From the NCBI GenBank assembly GCA_002269645.1, contig NIVC01000785.1, forward strand, positions 124,001 through 188,000: DNA of 64,000 nt, given 5' to 3'. Each line of letters starts with the position of its first letter. The stretch's first letter is position 1. The DNA is from Macrostomum lignano (Eukaryota). The position numbers and the translations under genes were made by a program. A model generated the notes under the pieces. It was given only the letters and a program-made list of their open reading frames with translations, was not told where the DNA came from and ran no database searches. This document shows, piece after piece, positions 16,173 to 29,587 of this stretch.

Positions 16173-18647
16173 TTAAGAGATGCAGCTGGAGTATTGGCTA
16201 ATCTCAACCAGACGCTGCTGCTGCCAAGCTGCCGTATCAGCTACCGCGCTGGTTAGATTTGGGCAATGCCAGCAGGTCGGTGGAGAGGCTAGCTGTTGCT
16301 GTTGCTGTTGCTGCTGCTGTTGAAGCAGGTGGTGATACTGCTGCACATCGGAGGCCCAGGTGACCAGGAGCCAGGCCACGAGAGGCGCTGTGTCCGCAGC
16401 GCTGGCGCCGCTCAAACGGGCCAACCGAGGACACCAGGAGACGCTGGCGGCGGATGCTGCGCCGGCGGCTTCGGCGGCGACGGAGGACGAAGCCAATAAG
16501 GACACCGGGGTAGCGGCGGCGGCGGCGGAGGCGGCTGCGGCTGCTGCAGCTGCGGCTGACATGGCGGCGGTGAGGGCAGCGAGCCCTAGCAAGCTGGGCG
16601 GGTAGAGCCGCAGCAGGTCCAGTCTAAGCAGCAGTCTGTCCAAGAACACGTCCAGCCAACCGGCCACCTGCTGCTGCAGCTCCTTGCCAAAGTCCCCAGC
16701 CGCGATGAGGCTGTGATAAAACTGGGCGAATTCCGCTTCAGTCGGGTAGCCGAGGTCGCCGTCAAAGTGGCCAACCAAGCGGCACTCGAGCTCCAGGAGG
16801 CTGGGCGATGGGGCAGGCGGCAGGAGTTGACGGATGAGGCGGCTCAGCCGGCCCGAGACGGCCTCCTGGGGAAGGAGGGGTTCGGCTTAGTCAGTTAGTA
16901 AACAATTTTGTATGGATGGGGCTTCGAGTACTACTACTGGAAATCTTTGGACAACCTTACGCATACACAAGCTCACACAGGGTGTACATCGTCCGAGGTG
17001 GATCCCCGGGTACTCGGGCCAACCCGGCAACGAGTTGGCCGATTGCTCGACCGGTTATTTTACTGGTCCCCTGCCCGTGGATTCACCCCCACCCGACGTT
17101 GTCACCACTCGGATCAACCAGTGGGTGGCTTCTATAAGCACAGGGAGAGGTGGGCTAACGCCCCCGACTGCCTGCAATCCCGCGCGGCTGTCGTCTGTTC
17201 TTCCTCCGCCCTCCGCAGGGCCCTGCTTAGACTCAACCGCAGGAACATCAGGGCAGTGACATCGGCACCTCCAGGGAAAAATCCGTAGCGAGGAACGCCC
17301 ATTCTGCCTCTCAGGTGTCGAGAATGCGAAGCACTTCATCTGTGAATGCCCCGCCTTTACTCAGGACAAGCTCCCCTGCATCGGCTCAAACCAGCTAAGT
17401 CAAGTACATCGTCCAAGATTTTTCAAAGCCAAAACAGTCCAAAATAGATTTGTTTCTAATAATCAATCTTTTGTAGCCTTCGGTCAGCTGTCGCTTTAAA
17501 ATTTGCGGTAGTTGCTCCCAACCCCGGTCGAGACTTAACAAACTAACAGACAATGGCTTCAATGAGTCCGTGAATATCTTGACGTAAACGCGGAACTCAT
17601 AGCAAAGATTCGCATAAAAATTTATGACAAACTGTTTTGTAGCCAAAATCATTGGTGGCAACAGTAGCTTGGAATTACTACTATAAATAGTAACGGAAGC
17701 TTAAAGACCTCTTAGTAATCGCACCGGAGGCTGATACGACGTTTTACGCTCAGCTTGTCATAGCAGCCCTAGTGTTAACACGTAAGATGGTCTTTGTGAC
17801 TGTCTGGGTGGTGCACATGACCTGAAGGGTTCTTTGTGTGACCTTGGCGGCCTGGGCTGACGAAGTTGGGCTATGGGCGTCTTAGTGACCTATTTACATG
17901 TACGGGAGCGATACCAAGCGTTGAGCTTAGCAGTTACGATACCCAAAATCCAGAAAGGCTTCCATCGCCCATAGAGGCCCTTAATTTCCGCCGTGGATAG
18001 CCCATCAGAGCTTTAAGCTCCTGGAGGACCCATCACACTACTCAGCGGCCAGAGCCCAATCTTAGGGCTGATCGGCGCTGGCAACAGCTGGCACCCGGAT
18101 TAACAGCAGCAACAATCCATACAGATAGAGAAAACAATAAATATCATGCAAAATCAACCCAGACCTGTTCGTGCAGCTTGGCAGCCAGGGACAGGCAGGC
18201 AGCAGCCAGCGGCAGGGGAGACGCAGCAGGTACCCATTTGGCAGCAACTCGGCCGAGGCATTCGGCAATCAGGTAGCGATCGAATAAGCTGGCGGCCAGG
18301 TGCAAAGTTGCTCGACTGAGGCTCAGCTGTCTGGCTGCCGCGGCCAGCCAGGCGATGGCGCCGCGACGATTGGCGCCAGTTAAAAGGCGCTGGCTGGCCG
18401 CGCTGCCTGGTGACGAGTCGTCGAACAGCTGCTTGGCCGCCCTGTGCAGCAGGTGGCTGTGGTACGCCAACGAGTCATCCGTCCAGGCGGCTTCAATGAG
18501 TTCGTCTGCTAACTGGACTGCGGCTGGCTCGATGGGAAGGAGCCGCTGGCCGGTGAGCCTGCTGCAGGCCGGAGTCGACCTGAGCAAGTTATGAGTTAGC
18601 AACTGATCAGCAGCTGCGGTATCATGGCTAATCCGATTGTCAGATAA
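16173..18647 (-). CDS. Divergent cyclin (cyclin N- and C-terminal boxes); 5' exon(s) not located
   Basis: Exons 18647-18165 and 16865-16173 (GT at 18164, AG ending at 16866, phase 0). Cyclin box: RRGAIAWL..., [59 protein letters not shown]; poly-Ala and poly-Gln in the C-terminal part. No in-frame ATG before the cyclin box, so an upstream exon is needed. Confidence 0.85.
16905..17420 (+). mobile_element. Degenerate non-LTR retrotransposon fragment (RNase H + CCHC region; I/Loa-type)
   Basis: Reads [15 protein letters not shown] (RNase H C-terminal motif WVPGHxGxxGNExAD), then FTGP and later [10 protein letters not shown] (zinc knuckle), across frameshifts and a stop. Lies in the cyclin intron, antisense to it. 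Confidence 0.75.
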
Positions 18648-19270
18648 CTACAGGTTGCATCTACCTCAAAGCGATACACCAAGTACAATGTGTACCAGCT
18701 GAACTCACAAACGAGACAAAGATACAATTATTCTCGTGCTTTGATTCTCGTTCCTTGTCCCTATTCAATGTAGTTTTAATCGATGAAAAACATTCTTTTA
18801 ATTTTGATAAACACTACAATTCAAGGATGGTGAGCAGTTCGAGTATTTTATTCAAATAGAGCCCAATTTAACACAGGTCTTTCATACTATTGAAACATTA
18901 TACGCTCTAAGCCTTCACAGCCTTCAAGGATACATAGAACTAAAAGATAGACCAATCAAGACAATACGTACTCCACATAAATCAATAGTTAACAATAAGA
19001 AAACTGGGACCTAGATAAAGGATTTTAAAATAAAAAACTTGGCTAAGCAAATTTAAGATGAAATTATTCCTTAAAATAACTATTCAATATAGGATTTAGA
19101 ATGTACTAAATAGTATTTAAAAGTATTTTGCTAGTTACTTTTTCATTGGGATACAAAATTAAATTTAATTTAAATTTTAAAATTAAATCCCATGATATTA
19201 TTTGGTATAACTAGTATAATCTATATTCTTAACAAATAACTATTTAATTAAAGTAAACAAGAATCATATA

Positions 19271-19300
19271 TCCATATACTAAAAATGGTCTGTCCTTAGG
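19271..19300 (+). mobile_element. Helitron-type 5' terminus (3' end not found)
   Basis: A|TCCATATACTAAAAATGGTCTGTC closely matches the 5' ends at 34161 (+) and 57571 (-). Confidence 0.5.
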
Positions 19301-22253
19301 TAGGTAAATATTATGCTATCTATTTTTTATTTGAAAATAATTCATTTTTTAATATTAGATTTTTTCTATTAAGTAAGCCCATGGCATGTCAGTGTAGAGT
19401 TATTTATTAAATTTCACAAAATGTATTTTTTTAGATTCAGAAAAAAATATAGGCAATGCATGATAGAAAACAAATAAAAATATTAAACTGAAGTATAAAA
19501 ACTATAAAAAAGGTCAAAGGTAAAAGATAGGTTTAAAATACGGAAATTTGAGGAAACACACAATTTTAAAGATATTTAGTATTATGTATATAGTAACTAG
19601 TACTAATTACTGCATTCAGTAGGCTGTTAGACAGCAAAATATCTCTTAGAGTATTATATTTTAAAATGTCTGAAAAACAATCTCTCACTTACGTTGTTTT
19701 TTCTATTATTTCATTTAAAAACGCTGAATCGTTTGTTTCTGATCCGCTGTAAATACCTGCATTGTTATTGCAATTCTCAATAATAGATGAATTTATACTT
19801 GGCGTGCAGTAAGTTGGTCCAGAGTACATGGTCATTAGATTCACTCCAACTGTACAATGCATAAAGACTGGTGGGTACACCTGCTTCATTCTCAAGATTC
19901 CGGCCGGCTGCAGCAGTAAAATATGCAAACCGCCGCACCCGCAAAAGAAAAAAACTACGCGATAACGATTTTTTTCTGCGCCAGGCCGAACTTTCATAGA
20001 TGTGCCTCACTGTATTAATGCAAGAATCAATTCTTAAAATAATCTTAAGAAATTTTTCTTTCTATCAAAATTACTCTCAAAATATTAGTACTAATTTTTT
20101 TATAGCTTTAGTTTCCATCAAGTATTGTAATATTTGTTATATTTATTTACCTCCGTCAAATCACTGAATCATTGAACCTTTGAAATTTTGTACACGTACA
20201 TGTACACTCAACTCCCCCTGATACGGCTCAACATGTATTATATTTTATCATCTGACTCCAAAGCGTCTCGCGCGTTTCTCTGATCTTCTGATCCATATAC
20301 ATACATGTACGTATACAGGAGTCTACATATACATGTAATTGAAACCGCGCGCGCGGCCTTGTCCCTGTCCGCCTGTGGATGGTGAGGTAGCTGACTTTGC
20401 GGCCAAAATATCCCAAGTTACTGTAGCTATTAATGGGACAAAAAACATGCATGAATAATCTATGATTACACTGTACATGTATGACATGTACATGTACGCG
20501 ACAAGCACATTGACGAATCATGCATGGCCATGCAGACTACATGTAGCATGCACGATTTTCGAAACACACGGATAGCACATGCAGGAAACCCCTGCATGTA
20601 ACATTGCATGATATGCATGCATGATCATCAATGAAACATGCATGTCACATGTATGTTTTATCCATGATTTATCCATGATCGAAGGCTGGAGGAGTTGGGT
20701 GGGCTCGAGATTAGGCAGGAGTCATTCATTAATCGTGAGCTACAAATTTCTAAGAAAATCATTAAACGTGCTAATTAGTATAAAAGATCGCCACATCCGC
20801 TTAAAAAATTCAAGCCGATTCCTGGTTAAATTCCAAGTTAAACTGTGAATATTCAAGGTTTATCTAGGAATGATGAGTTAAGATCGCTTCCAAGTTAAAC
20901 TGACGTTTGAATTCATTGTACTTTAACAAAGTACGGATCAAAAAAGGTTGAAAAAATGACTGTTAAACTTAGCTAACTGTAAATAAATTTCAAAGTTTAA
21001 AGTTAAAATATTAGGCTGAACTTCTTTACACACATAAATAAAACGCAGCATTAGAAGTATTATATTTGAATGTTATCGCGCGCTGCTCATACATTTTTAT
21101 TTTACAAGCGTGCGCATTCACTTGTACATAAATGAACTATCGAATTATCGCGCGAAATCTTTTGGGACATAACTTTCAGACCATAATCTATAAGATTTTA
21201 CAACAGCCGCATCTGGGGCATGATTTTAAAGTTTTGACGCGGCTGAGACACGGCTAGCAACATGGAAGTGCGCATTCTCAGTTTTTGCCTCAATCTCGAA
21301 ATTAGCTTTCTTTTGTTCATTTCTACTATTTAAAGGGTATTAATAACCAAAATAATTAAAGATCTAAGCGATAGGTGTGCAACTATACTACTAGTTACTG
21401 TTTAGTCCTTGGTTTGTGTGTCTTGCTATTTATAAAGAATAAATATTTTTATATAATATATCTTTTAAATTCTGTCTTGAAACTTTCATAGTAAAAGACA
21501 CATTGAACACGAATTATGTTTTACAGTTATACTAATATATATTTTAGCAAAATATTAATTGCATTGTACTAATAAAAAATAAAGTTAGAAATCTCTATAA
21601 AGAAGCATAACTTTTTGTTCTTCTATCCTCAATTTTAGCAGCTAAAACATGTAGTTTTTTAAATGTAAGAACTATCTCAGCTTTTAGGTAGCTTCATTTT
21701 AAAGAGATAATTTTTGTACTCGTACATATTTGAAATAAACAACTAAAATGGTTCACAGTTTTATAGTCACTCAAAATCCTGCTTATCAATGAAAATTCAT
21801 TTTAAGGCATTTAGAATTCAGTATTGAATTACATTATAAATCAATAAATAACTTTAAATCATTAAATCACAAAAATAACCTGTTTGCATGAACTTTCATT
21901 TGCACTTTGAGCTCCCATCATTTGATTTTTATCATCAGTAGTATTTTGTCCTTGTTATTTTTGATAATTTTTTTAAATTGTGATTAGTGACTTCTAGCTT
22001 TATCATGTCAAATAAAAAGCAATGTATAAGCTGTTGGGCATGTAGAAGCCGTCAGAGCAAAATATTCTTGAATAATATAGGTATACTCGTATTTGTCTGG
22101 AATAAGTAGAAAGTTTAAAAAGTACTAACTGTAAAGTTGTAAAACTGCCAAAGTTGGTAGAAGAAACACATAAGTTAATAAAAAATGTGCTTCACAAAAA
22201 TAGTGCAGTACCATCGAAAAATATGACTAATTTTATTTTCACTGTCCTTGCAG

Positions 22254-23461
22254 TTATTTCAGGTTGCACGTGGAGCATCAATTAAACAAATGGTTTGTAG
22301 TTCGCTTTGCTCAGAATGCGATGCAAGCCGTCAATGAACAGGACTTGTGCGTCATTACTGCAGCGAGCAAAGAAGAGGCTCCTCTACGTCAATGCTACGG
22401 GAGGAAAGTACATGTAGACGGACGCTCCTCGAGCAGTTTACAACCCGGGACTCTGATGGTCCCTGCTTTGCCTACCTTTGCGCTGATCAGGAACTGCCTC
22501 CCAATCATGGGAATAGAGACGGTGAGAATGATCACATACTGGACAGCGCCTGGCACTTATTTGTTACAGTAGGCGGCTAGCTTGCAAACTATAGATTAGA
22601 AAATTTGGTATTAGCTGTATAGTATTTGTGTTATGTTTTGTTTTATGAATTTCCCTAACTTTTTAGAGGCGCCGACAATCGGCAACCGTGCGACTGGAGC
22701 AAAAGAACAAAAAGCTCGATAAGTTGATCGAATTGTGCAGCGCCCAGAGTCACGGTGGTAGGACGGTTGGACAGGCTACACAAGAAAACACGCCTGAGGC
22801 TGAACCGTCGGTTGATGGAGGAGCAAAATGGCATCGCGACTGGACAGGACGGCGATGAGGCGGCATGTACATGTAATCTGGTTGAGGAGCTCCCGGCCGT
22901 AACAATAAACAAACGGTGACTCGACATCGCCATTCAGGCTAATGCTGCTGCGCTCGATGCTACGGCAGCCACCAAGCCTGTTACTAAGGAGCTGCTACAG
23001 CTAATCGAACTAATAGGTATGGAGCCTTATCACTTTCTACGAAAAAGGCATTTTCCAGATTTTTTCAAACTTTATTAACAATGTCTGTCACTTCCTTGCA
23101 AATATAAAGAAATGATTATCATAATTTGAAGTTTTAGGTTTTGCAATTTTATATTAATAAAAGCGCACTGAAGGTTCGCCATTTATAAAAGTTAAACTTC
23201 AACGGCACATTTATATTTGCTGTTTATTATCATATTTCAGGTCGTGATGCTCTTACATGCGACTCCGGCTCCTATATGCAAGGACTACTTAAGTAGAAGG
23301 ACTGAAGACTCAGAATTGGTGAAAATTTCATTGGAGGCCGATTTTTCAATGTGACTGTGTACGCTATTGATCGACAATCCTCCGCCAGTACTGAGGCACT
23401 TGAAATGGCGAAGACGCTAGCTGTCCGCGGCGACTTACTCGACGAGCTGCTCGCCCCCTAG
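22254..23461 (+). pseudogene. Decayed spliced coding relic, family unknown
   Basis: Three GC-richer blocks (~22254-22521, ~22647-23016, ~23241-23461) in AT-rich DNA, each bounded by pyrimidine-AG and GT(A/G)-type sites. No frame is open across all of them (several stops or shifts). Confidence 0.4.
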
Positions 23462-24606
23462 AAGCTAAGTGTGTCAGCTAACTGCATTCAAATCTTATAA
23501 CATAAAAAAATTGGATATAAATGCGATTCCCAAAACACACTGCTTTTTTATTTCTCATTTTCTTCTGTTTCTACTTATAAATATTGTGAATACATTCACG
23601 CATTCGCTCTTTCCCACGCGCATCTCCAACTTCTCACTGTTCATTTTTCTTGCATTATGGTTAAAATTAAATAAAGAAATAATCGAGATTGGAGACCGTG
23701 TAAAAATTAAGAAAAAATTCTACGTTTATGTCATTAAACAGACTCGTATCCGTGATAAGAGTTATGTACTTTTGTTAAATTTAATAGTGTGAGAGCTAGC
23801 GTTGCTACGGCGGGCAAAAAGCGGCTGAGATTTGGCGTCAGGGCTTCTAAATATGAAAATCCACATTTACTACTACTGCAAAAAACTTTGCGCACTACTA
23901 ACCGCAGTAGATAAATTCGGACATAACTCCTAAATTTTCGCGACGCTCATTAAATTAAACAATTCTTCCGTCTTCCTACTTTAACTAGGAACGTCTTCCG
24001 ACTTTCCTGATTGGCTGGCTAACATGGAAGAATAAGTGATTTTAAACTAGGAATATGGCTTCCATTTTCTATGCGGGCACGTTTACCTCTCCCACTACTC
24101 CCACATTTAAGCGTGCCTCTCCTACTCAGTGGTATAAGCCTAAGCCTATATCTGCCGAAGTGCATGCTCCTTGGCACTATCTAGGGCCTATGGCTACTCT
24201 TTGGATAGCTACTCTTTGTATACTTCAACCTACCTACCTACAGACTAAAGTATAGACGTATAGTATTGGCTATATACCTATGTATGCTATACTAGGCCTA
24301 TGCCTAATCTAATTTCCTGCAATCCTGCTTCCTGGATATGTTAAATATCATTTAGCCTACCAAATATAGTCATAGGCTTGGGCAAGACTGGGAACATTGC
24401 TAAGCCTAGCTGCCTAGTAGGCCTATCAATATTCGGTATTCCCATTAGACTAGAGGCTAGTTAGGATGCTAGGTCTATTTATTAATTAGTAATATTAGGC
24501 CTAATACTAATTAATAGAGCTCATTTACTAGCATTGGACTAGGCCTAAGTCTTAGAATATAGCTTTGTAGTCCATTTGAGCTTAAAAGCTATAAGCATTA
24601 AATTTA

Positions 24607-25115
24607 GGCAGTTGTTATTTGTCCAATGACCCGACAAATAGCCTTTTTGCTATTTGTCCGGTTAAATTGCTAACACAAGTATCTTATTTGTTTCGTGATG
24701 AATATTCTAGAATTTTAAGACCTATTCTCGTATACTGATTAATATTTTCTTCAAAATATAACCTACTAGGATAATATTTAAGGGTAAATATAAGGGTAAA
24801 TAATAAATATAACCTACTAGAGTGTTAAGCAAAGCAGTATATTATTCAATTCGGCATAATTTGGTGTATAAGACACACACTAGTATAACAATATAATAAT
24901 CAAGATACAAGTAAGAAGTCTTTGAAGTCTAGGAATATTTACCCTTGTGGTTTTTATGAACTAGATATTTTAGCTTATCAATTTAATTGGACAAATAACA
25001 AAATGTCTATTTGTCTGGTATTAACTGGATGAATAGGAAAGCATGGTCAGGATCCAGTAACCGGACAAATAACCACATCGCTTTTCGTCCAGTCACTGGA
25101 CAAATAACAACTGCC
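24607..25115. mobile_element. Mutator-like MITE
   Basis: TIRs GGCAGTTGTTATTTGTCCA... / ...TGGACAAATAACAACTGCC; 9-bp TSD TTAAATTTA at 24598-24606 and 25116-25124. Confidence 0.88.
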
Positions 25116-25290
25116 TTAAATTTAGTCTAAGATAGGCCTATATTTGTAAATGTATCTATTGAAACTTTTGTCTACAAGTCAATAGCAAGGCTGCAATGGT
25201 ATTTATAACTCTATCCAACAAATATAATCTAGTCTAAATGCTAATAAGCCATTTGAAAAACTCTTACCTTTTTTGCAACTATCTGTGGAC

Positions 25291-25691
25291 TAGAGGTCGG
25301 ATGGGATTAAAATCTTCAGGCGGGATCGGGATCGGGAATAATTTTTTTCTTGGGATCGGGATTGGGATTCGGGAATTGGGATCAGGTCTTTTAGTGTATT
25401 AATGTATTGTCCATGTAAAGTTAAACAAAATTGAGAAAAGATTGTCAAGATCAAGAAGTAAAACACAACAAAATTGATATGATGTTTTGTAACCAACAAA
25501 GTAAATAATGTAATGAGTACAAGTTAAAGCAAAATACCTTCAAGTAATCACTAATTCTATAAATTATTAATCGAAAGACCTATTCCCGAATCTCGAGTTT
25601 TTTAGGGTTGGGATTCTGGTCTCGCGGGAATTCAATTTTCCTTGGGATCCTAAGATTTTGGGATTGGGATCGGGATCCCGTCTGACCTCTA
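25291..25691. mobile_element. hAT-like MITE
   Basis: TIRs TAGAGGTCGGATGGGAT / ATCCCGTCTGACCTCTA; 8-bp TSD CTGTGGAC (25283-25290) vs TTGTGGAC (25692-25699); subterminal GGGAT(C/T) repeats. Confidence 0.85.
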
Positions 25692-25809
25692 TTGTGGACT
25701 ATGAGTTGTTAATAGGGGTTGGATAATATTTCATTTTTTATTTCAAAAAAGATTTTCAAGACTTTAGTTTAGATCTTAAAGCCTAGTTTGCTTTCAAGAT
25801 AATTGAGAT

Positions 25810-26538
25810 GGCAGTGCTTATTTAGCCGGCACCGGTCAAATAAGTTTGCTACTATTTAGCCGGCACTGGTCAAATGCGTCACTATTTAGCTGGCAGTCCT
25901 GCCCCACTGCCGGTCAAATAATTGCGTCACTATTTAGCCGGCAGTCCTGCCCTACTACCAGTCAAATAAGCTTGTCACTATTTAGCCGGCAATCCTGGCC
26001 CCTAATGGCCACGCTGGTCAAAATACATTTATACATTTTATAACTGCGCACTGCTCTGCTCGTCATGACCTTAAATTAATAATTTAATATACATATACTA
26101 CAAGCTAATTATTTATACTACAATTTTGGAGTTTTTTGATAAAGGTGTTTGCAGTGGTTTTTTGGCTTAAATAATGAGTGGTTTTGATTCAGAGATTAAA
26201 GTGAAAGTAAAACATGCATAATTAATTTTTATTTGTTTATGTGTCTTTTGCTGCTACAAATAATTTCCAGAATATGCAAGACTTCTAGAAACAATTAAAC
26301 AAACTTGAAGGCAAGACGTAATAAATTGTACTAAATCTACATTGATTTATATTCGCTGTACCTACTTTGTATTGCCCAAAGTTTAAATATCTCAAATAAA
26401 TATATATAATGGCATGGCCATTGGGGGCTAGGATTGCCGGCTAAATAGTGACAAGCTTATTTGACTGGCAGTGGGATAGGACTGCCGGCTAAATAGTAAT
26501 GAACTTATTTGGCTAGTGCCGGCTAAATAAGCACTGCC
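25810..26538. mobile_element. Mutator-like MITE
   Basis: TIRs GGCAGTGCTTATTTAGCCGGCAC / GTGCCGGCTAAATAAGCACTGCC with subterminal TATTTAGCCGGCA repeats; perfect 9-bp TSD AATTGAGAT at 25801-25809 and 26539-26547. Confidence 0.92.
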
Positions 26539-27517
26539 AATTGAGATTGAGATTAGGCCTAAGTCTAATTACTATATTGTAGGCCTATTTACATTATTCT
26601 ATCTATCAGTGTTAATGTTATTATTTGTTAAATATGTGCAATGATGATAATAAAAAGAAAAACAATTATTAGGCCTATATAATATTGAACTTGTTAATAT
26701 TGGTAGGAGGTCTATCCAGTCAATCTGGCAACAAGATGATCTAGCAATAAACAATCTAATATGATGAATGATCTAGTAATAGTCAACTTGGCAATAATCA
26801 ATTTGGCAACAAAGTGTAATATAAGTAAAAGCTATTAAATCAACTATCTAATTAGGCCAGTATTTGTATAGCTAGATTATTAAGGCTAGGCCTATAAGTC
26901 TATAGATAGCATTACAAGCAAAAAAATCTTAGAGATTTAATATATTTAGATAGATTTAGTATATATGAAATTAATTTTATATTATCAAACTTTGCACATA
27001 TTTATCTATGCAGAATTTGTTAAATTAAATAAAATAGTTACGACTATCTATTGCATTCTTTTCTATATGTTTAGTGTGACAAATGCATAGAAATTGCAAT
27101 GCAACTAGCAATTTTTGATTTTTTGATTTTCAAATGTTGTTTTTGTCAATAGGAAAACAATCTTAATAATTAATTGTATAAAAGCTTTAATTAACCTATA
27201 TATTTATATAGTTCATGTGTAACAACAAATAAGTTAATATGAATGAGGTCCAATTTACATTAACATTATACACATTAAGTATTTTTATTACATGATAAAT
27301 AGCTAGAAAAGTTTAACTTAGAAAATAAAATTCAATTACTATTATACAGTAACTTACATTAGGAGATGCATCCTAGATTAGAACAAGAGCATTATACATA
27401 CAAATAAAATAAATGCAATCCTAAAATCCATAAAATCTATAAAAAATATTTTGCTAGATTGTCTGTTGCTAGATCAATTAGAAGCCATTATATTGGCATT
27501 AATAACTTGATGTATCA

Positions 27518-27801
27518 CCTGATTGCAGCGCATGGGCATTTTGGCGGACGGCGTCCGGCGCGGATCTAATACGGCGCAGCGCAGCGCGTACGGCGCGCGG
27601 CGATTAGTACGGCGCGGCGCGGTACTAATTAGATGCCGAGGCATTTAGGCTTGATAAGACAGTCATAGTTACTCCTGCCGTTTACCCAACATTTACCCTG
27701 CGTTAATTTTGCTTTAGGGTTTCTTTCACAGGTAAGTCATTTCACAGCGTGGCGCAGGTTGTGTAGGCGTCTGGCGTACTTAAGCCATGCGCTGCAATAG
27801 G
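27518..27801. mobile_element. Small TIR element (MITE)
   Basis: TIRs CCTGATTGCAGCGCATGG / CCATGCGCTGCAATAGG; direct repeat GATGTATCA at 27509-27517 and 27802-27810; internal GC-rich CGGCGC repeats. Confidence 0.8.
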
Positions 27802-29587
27802 GATGTATCAAATATAAATATGATATTATAGTTACCAATAGTTGCATTGTCACAAATCTTGAATTTTTTGAAATCTTGAGATTAAGATTGAGAAAAGTGC
27901 TAAGATCTTGATGATCAAGATTGAGTTTAAGATCTTGTCCGACCCCTAGGCCTAGTTGTCAAGTACCACTATAATGTCAGCTTCGCTAGCAACAATTTTC
28001 ATTCATTTTCTACAGCTTTGCTCAGTCTGCTGATAGTCAAAATCTAGTAACCAATTAGAATTGTTCCTTTAACTTCTGCTACATTTGCAATATAAAGAAA
28101 GGGCTTGTCTATATTGCATCTGCATCAAATAGTAGTTGGACTTGAGGCTTTAGGTTTTGCAACTTACCTTGGCAATTGCCATTCTCTTTCATGCAATCTT
28201 TTTGCTACTAGGCCTAGTTGTTCAATGTGCTAATAGGCCTAGTCTAATAGATGCTATGAACTACTGTTTCTTTTATAATACATTCAAAAATATTGGTTTT
28301 GCAACTTTGCAATATCTTTTGGGCATTGCTATTTACCTCTATTAAGGCTTTGTTCATAGGCCAATATCATTCATTTTATTTGATAACCTAATATATGGTC
28401 TTTTATTTTAGGGGAACATCTTGCTCTTCTGCAATAGGCCTAGTTGCAAATGAAGCTAATAGGCTAATAGCCAGTTCAACCTAAGCTCTGCAGTCTACAT
28501 ATTTTTGGATCAAATTAAATGCCACTATGCCAACCTTGCTACTATAGATATAAGTTCCAATTCATTTGCAAACATGGACTAATTTCTATGTCCATAACAT
28601 AAGCCTAAATGGTCTATAAAAATGATATTGTCTTTGGTAGAGATGCTCATTTAATAAATAATAGAGAAATGAAGGCCCGTTTCGCGTTTTGACACAAGCA
28701 GTCATCTTTAGGGCTTGCACTTGTTGGCTATAATAATAATTTACTTATATATTGGTGTTGGCCTTCATTTCTCTATATTGTCTTTAGTAGGCCTAGGGAG
28801 TCGGGACTTCAGTGAGATTTCAATTTTTTTCTAATTTAAAGCTAATTCAATTTGATAATGATAGTCTCACTTGCCTTATGATACTTTTATACCTTAAATT
28901 TTTAATATTTTTTGTAAAATCTTGTTTGCCTATTATATATTAGGCTACCACCTACTATTAGGCACTATGGTCATTTTAAGTAATTTGAAACAGTGTCTTT
29001 TGGCCTGAATTATATATTTTATTAGCCTAGTTATGATTTTGTTATAATTTTATAATTTTATATATTTCAAATAGCTTTTTATGCTACAACTCACCATTTC
29101 TATTCAATTTTAAAAATACAAAAAGCCCCCTATTTTGTTTCACTTATTTAGACTTGTCTTTCAATGAAAAAAATAATATAGCAATGTAGCCTAGGGTCTA
29201 GTTTGTTATTATCCTAATAAAACCCATATATATATTAATGAATTTTTTCTTGATGAATAAGTAATTTCTTTCTTTCAAGTTCATGTTAGCTTTTTTCAAA
29301 TATGCCTTTTATACATATTTGTACTCAATGACTTAACATAATATAGACCCTATATATATCGAAATATAAAGATGAAAAGATGAAAAGATAAAGATAAATT
29401 AAATTAAATATGAAAAGCCATATCTCCTAATTTTATTTTTAAGACAATAGAATTAAAGAAAATGGATAGTTCTTCTTTACCTATATTTTACTATTAGGAC
29501 AGGTGTTGGGCCTAATCTATTATTTAATTATTATTGTTATTATTGTTATTGTGTATTTCAGACTGACAACTAGATTACAAATAAAGC

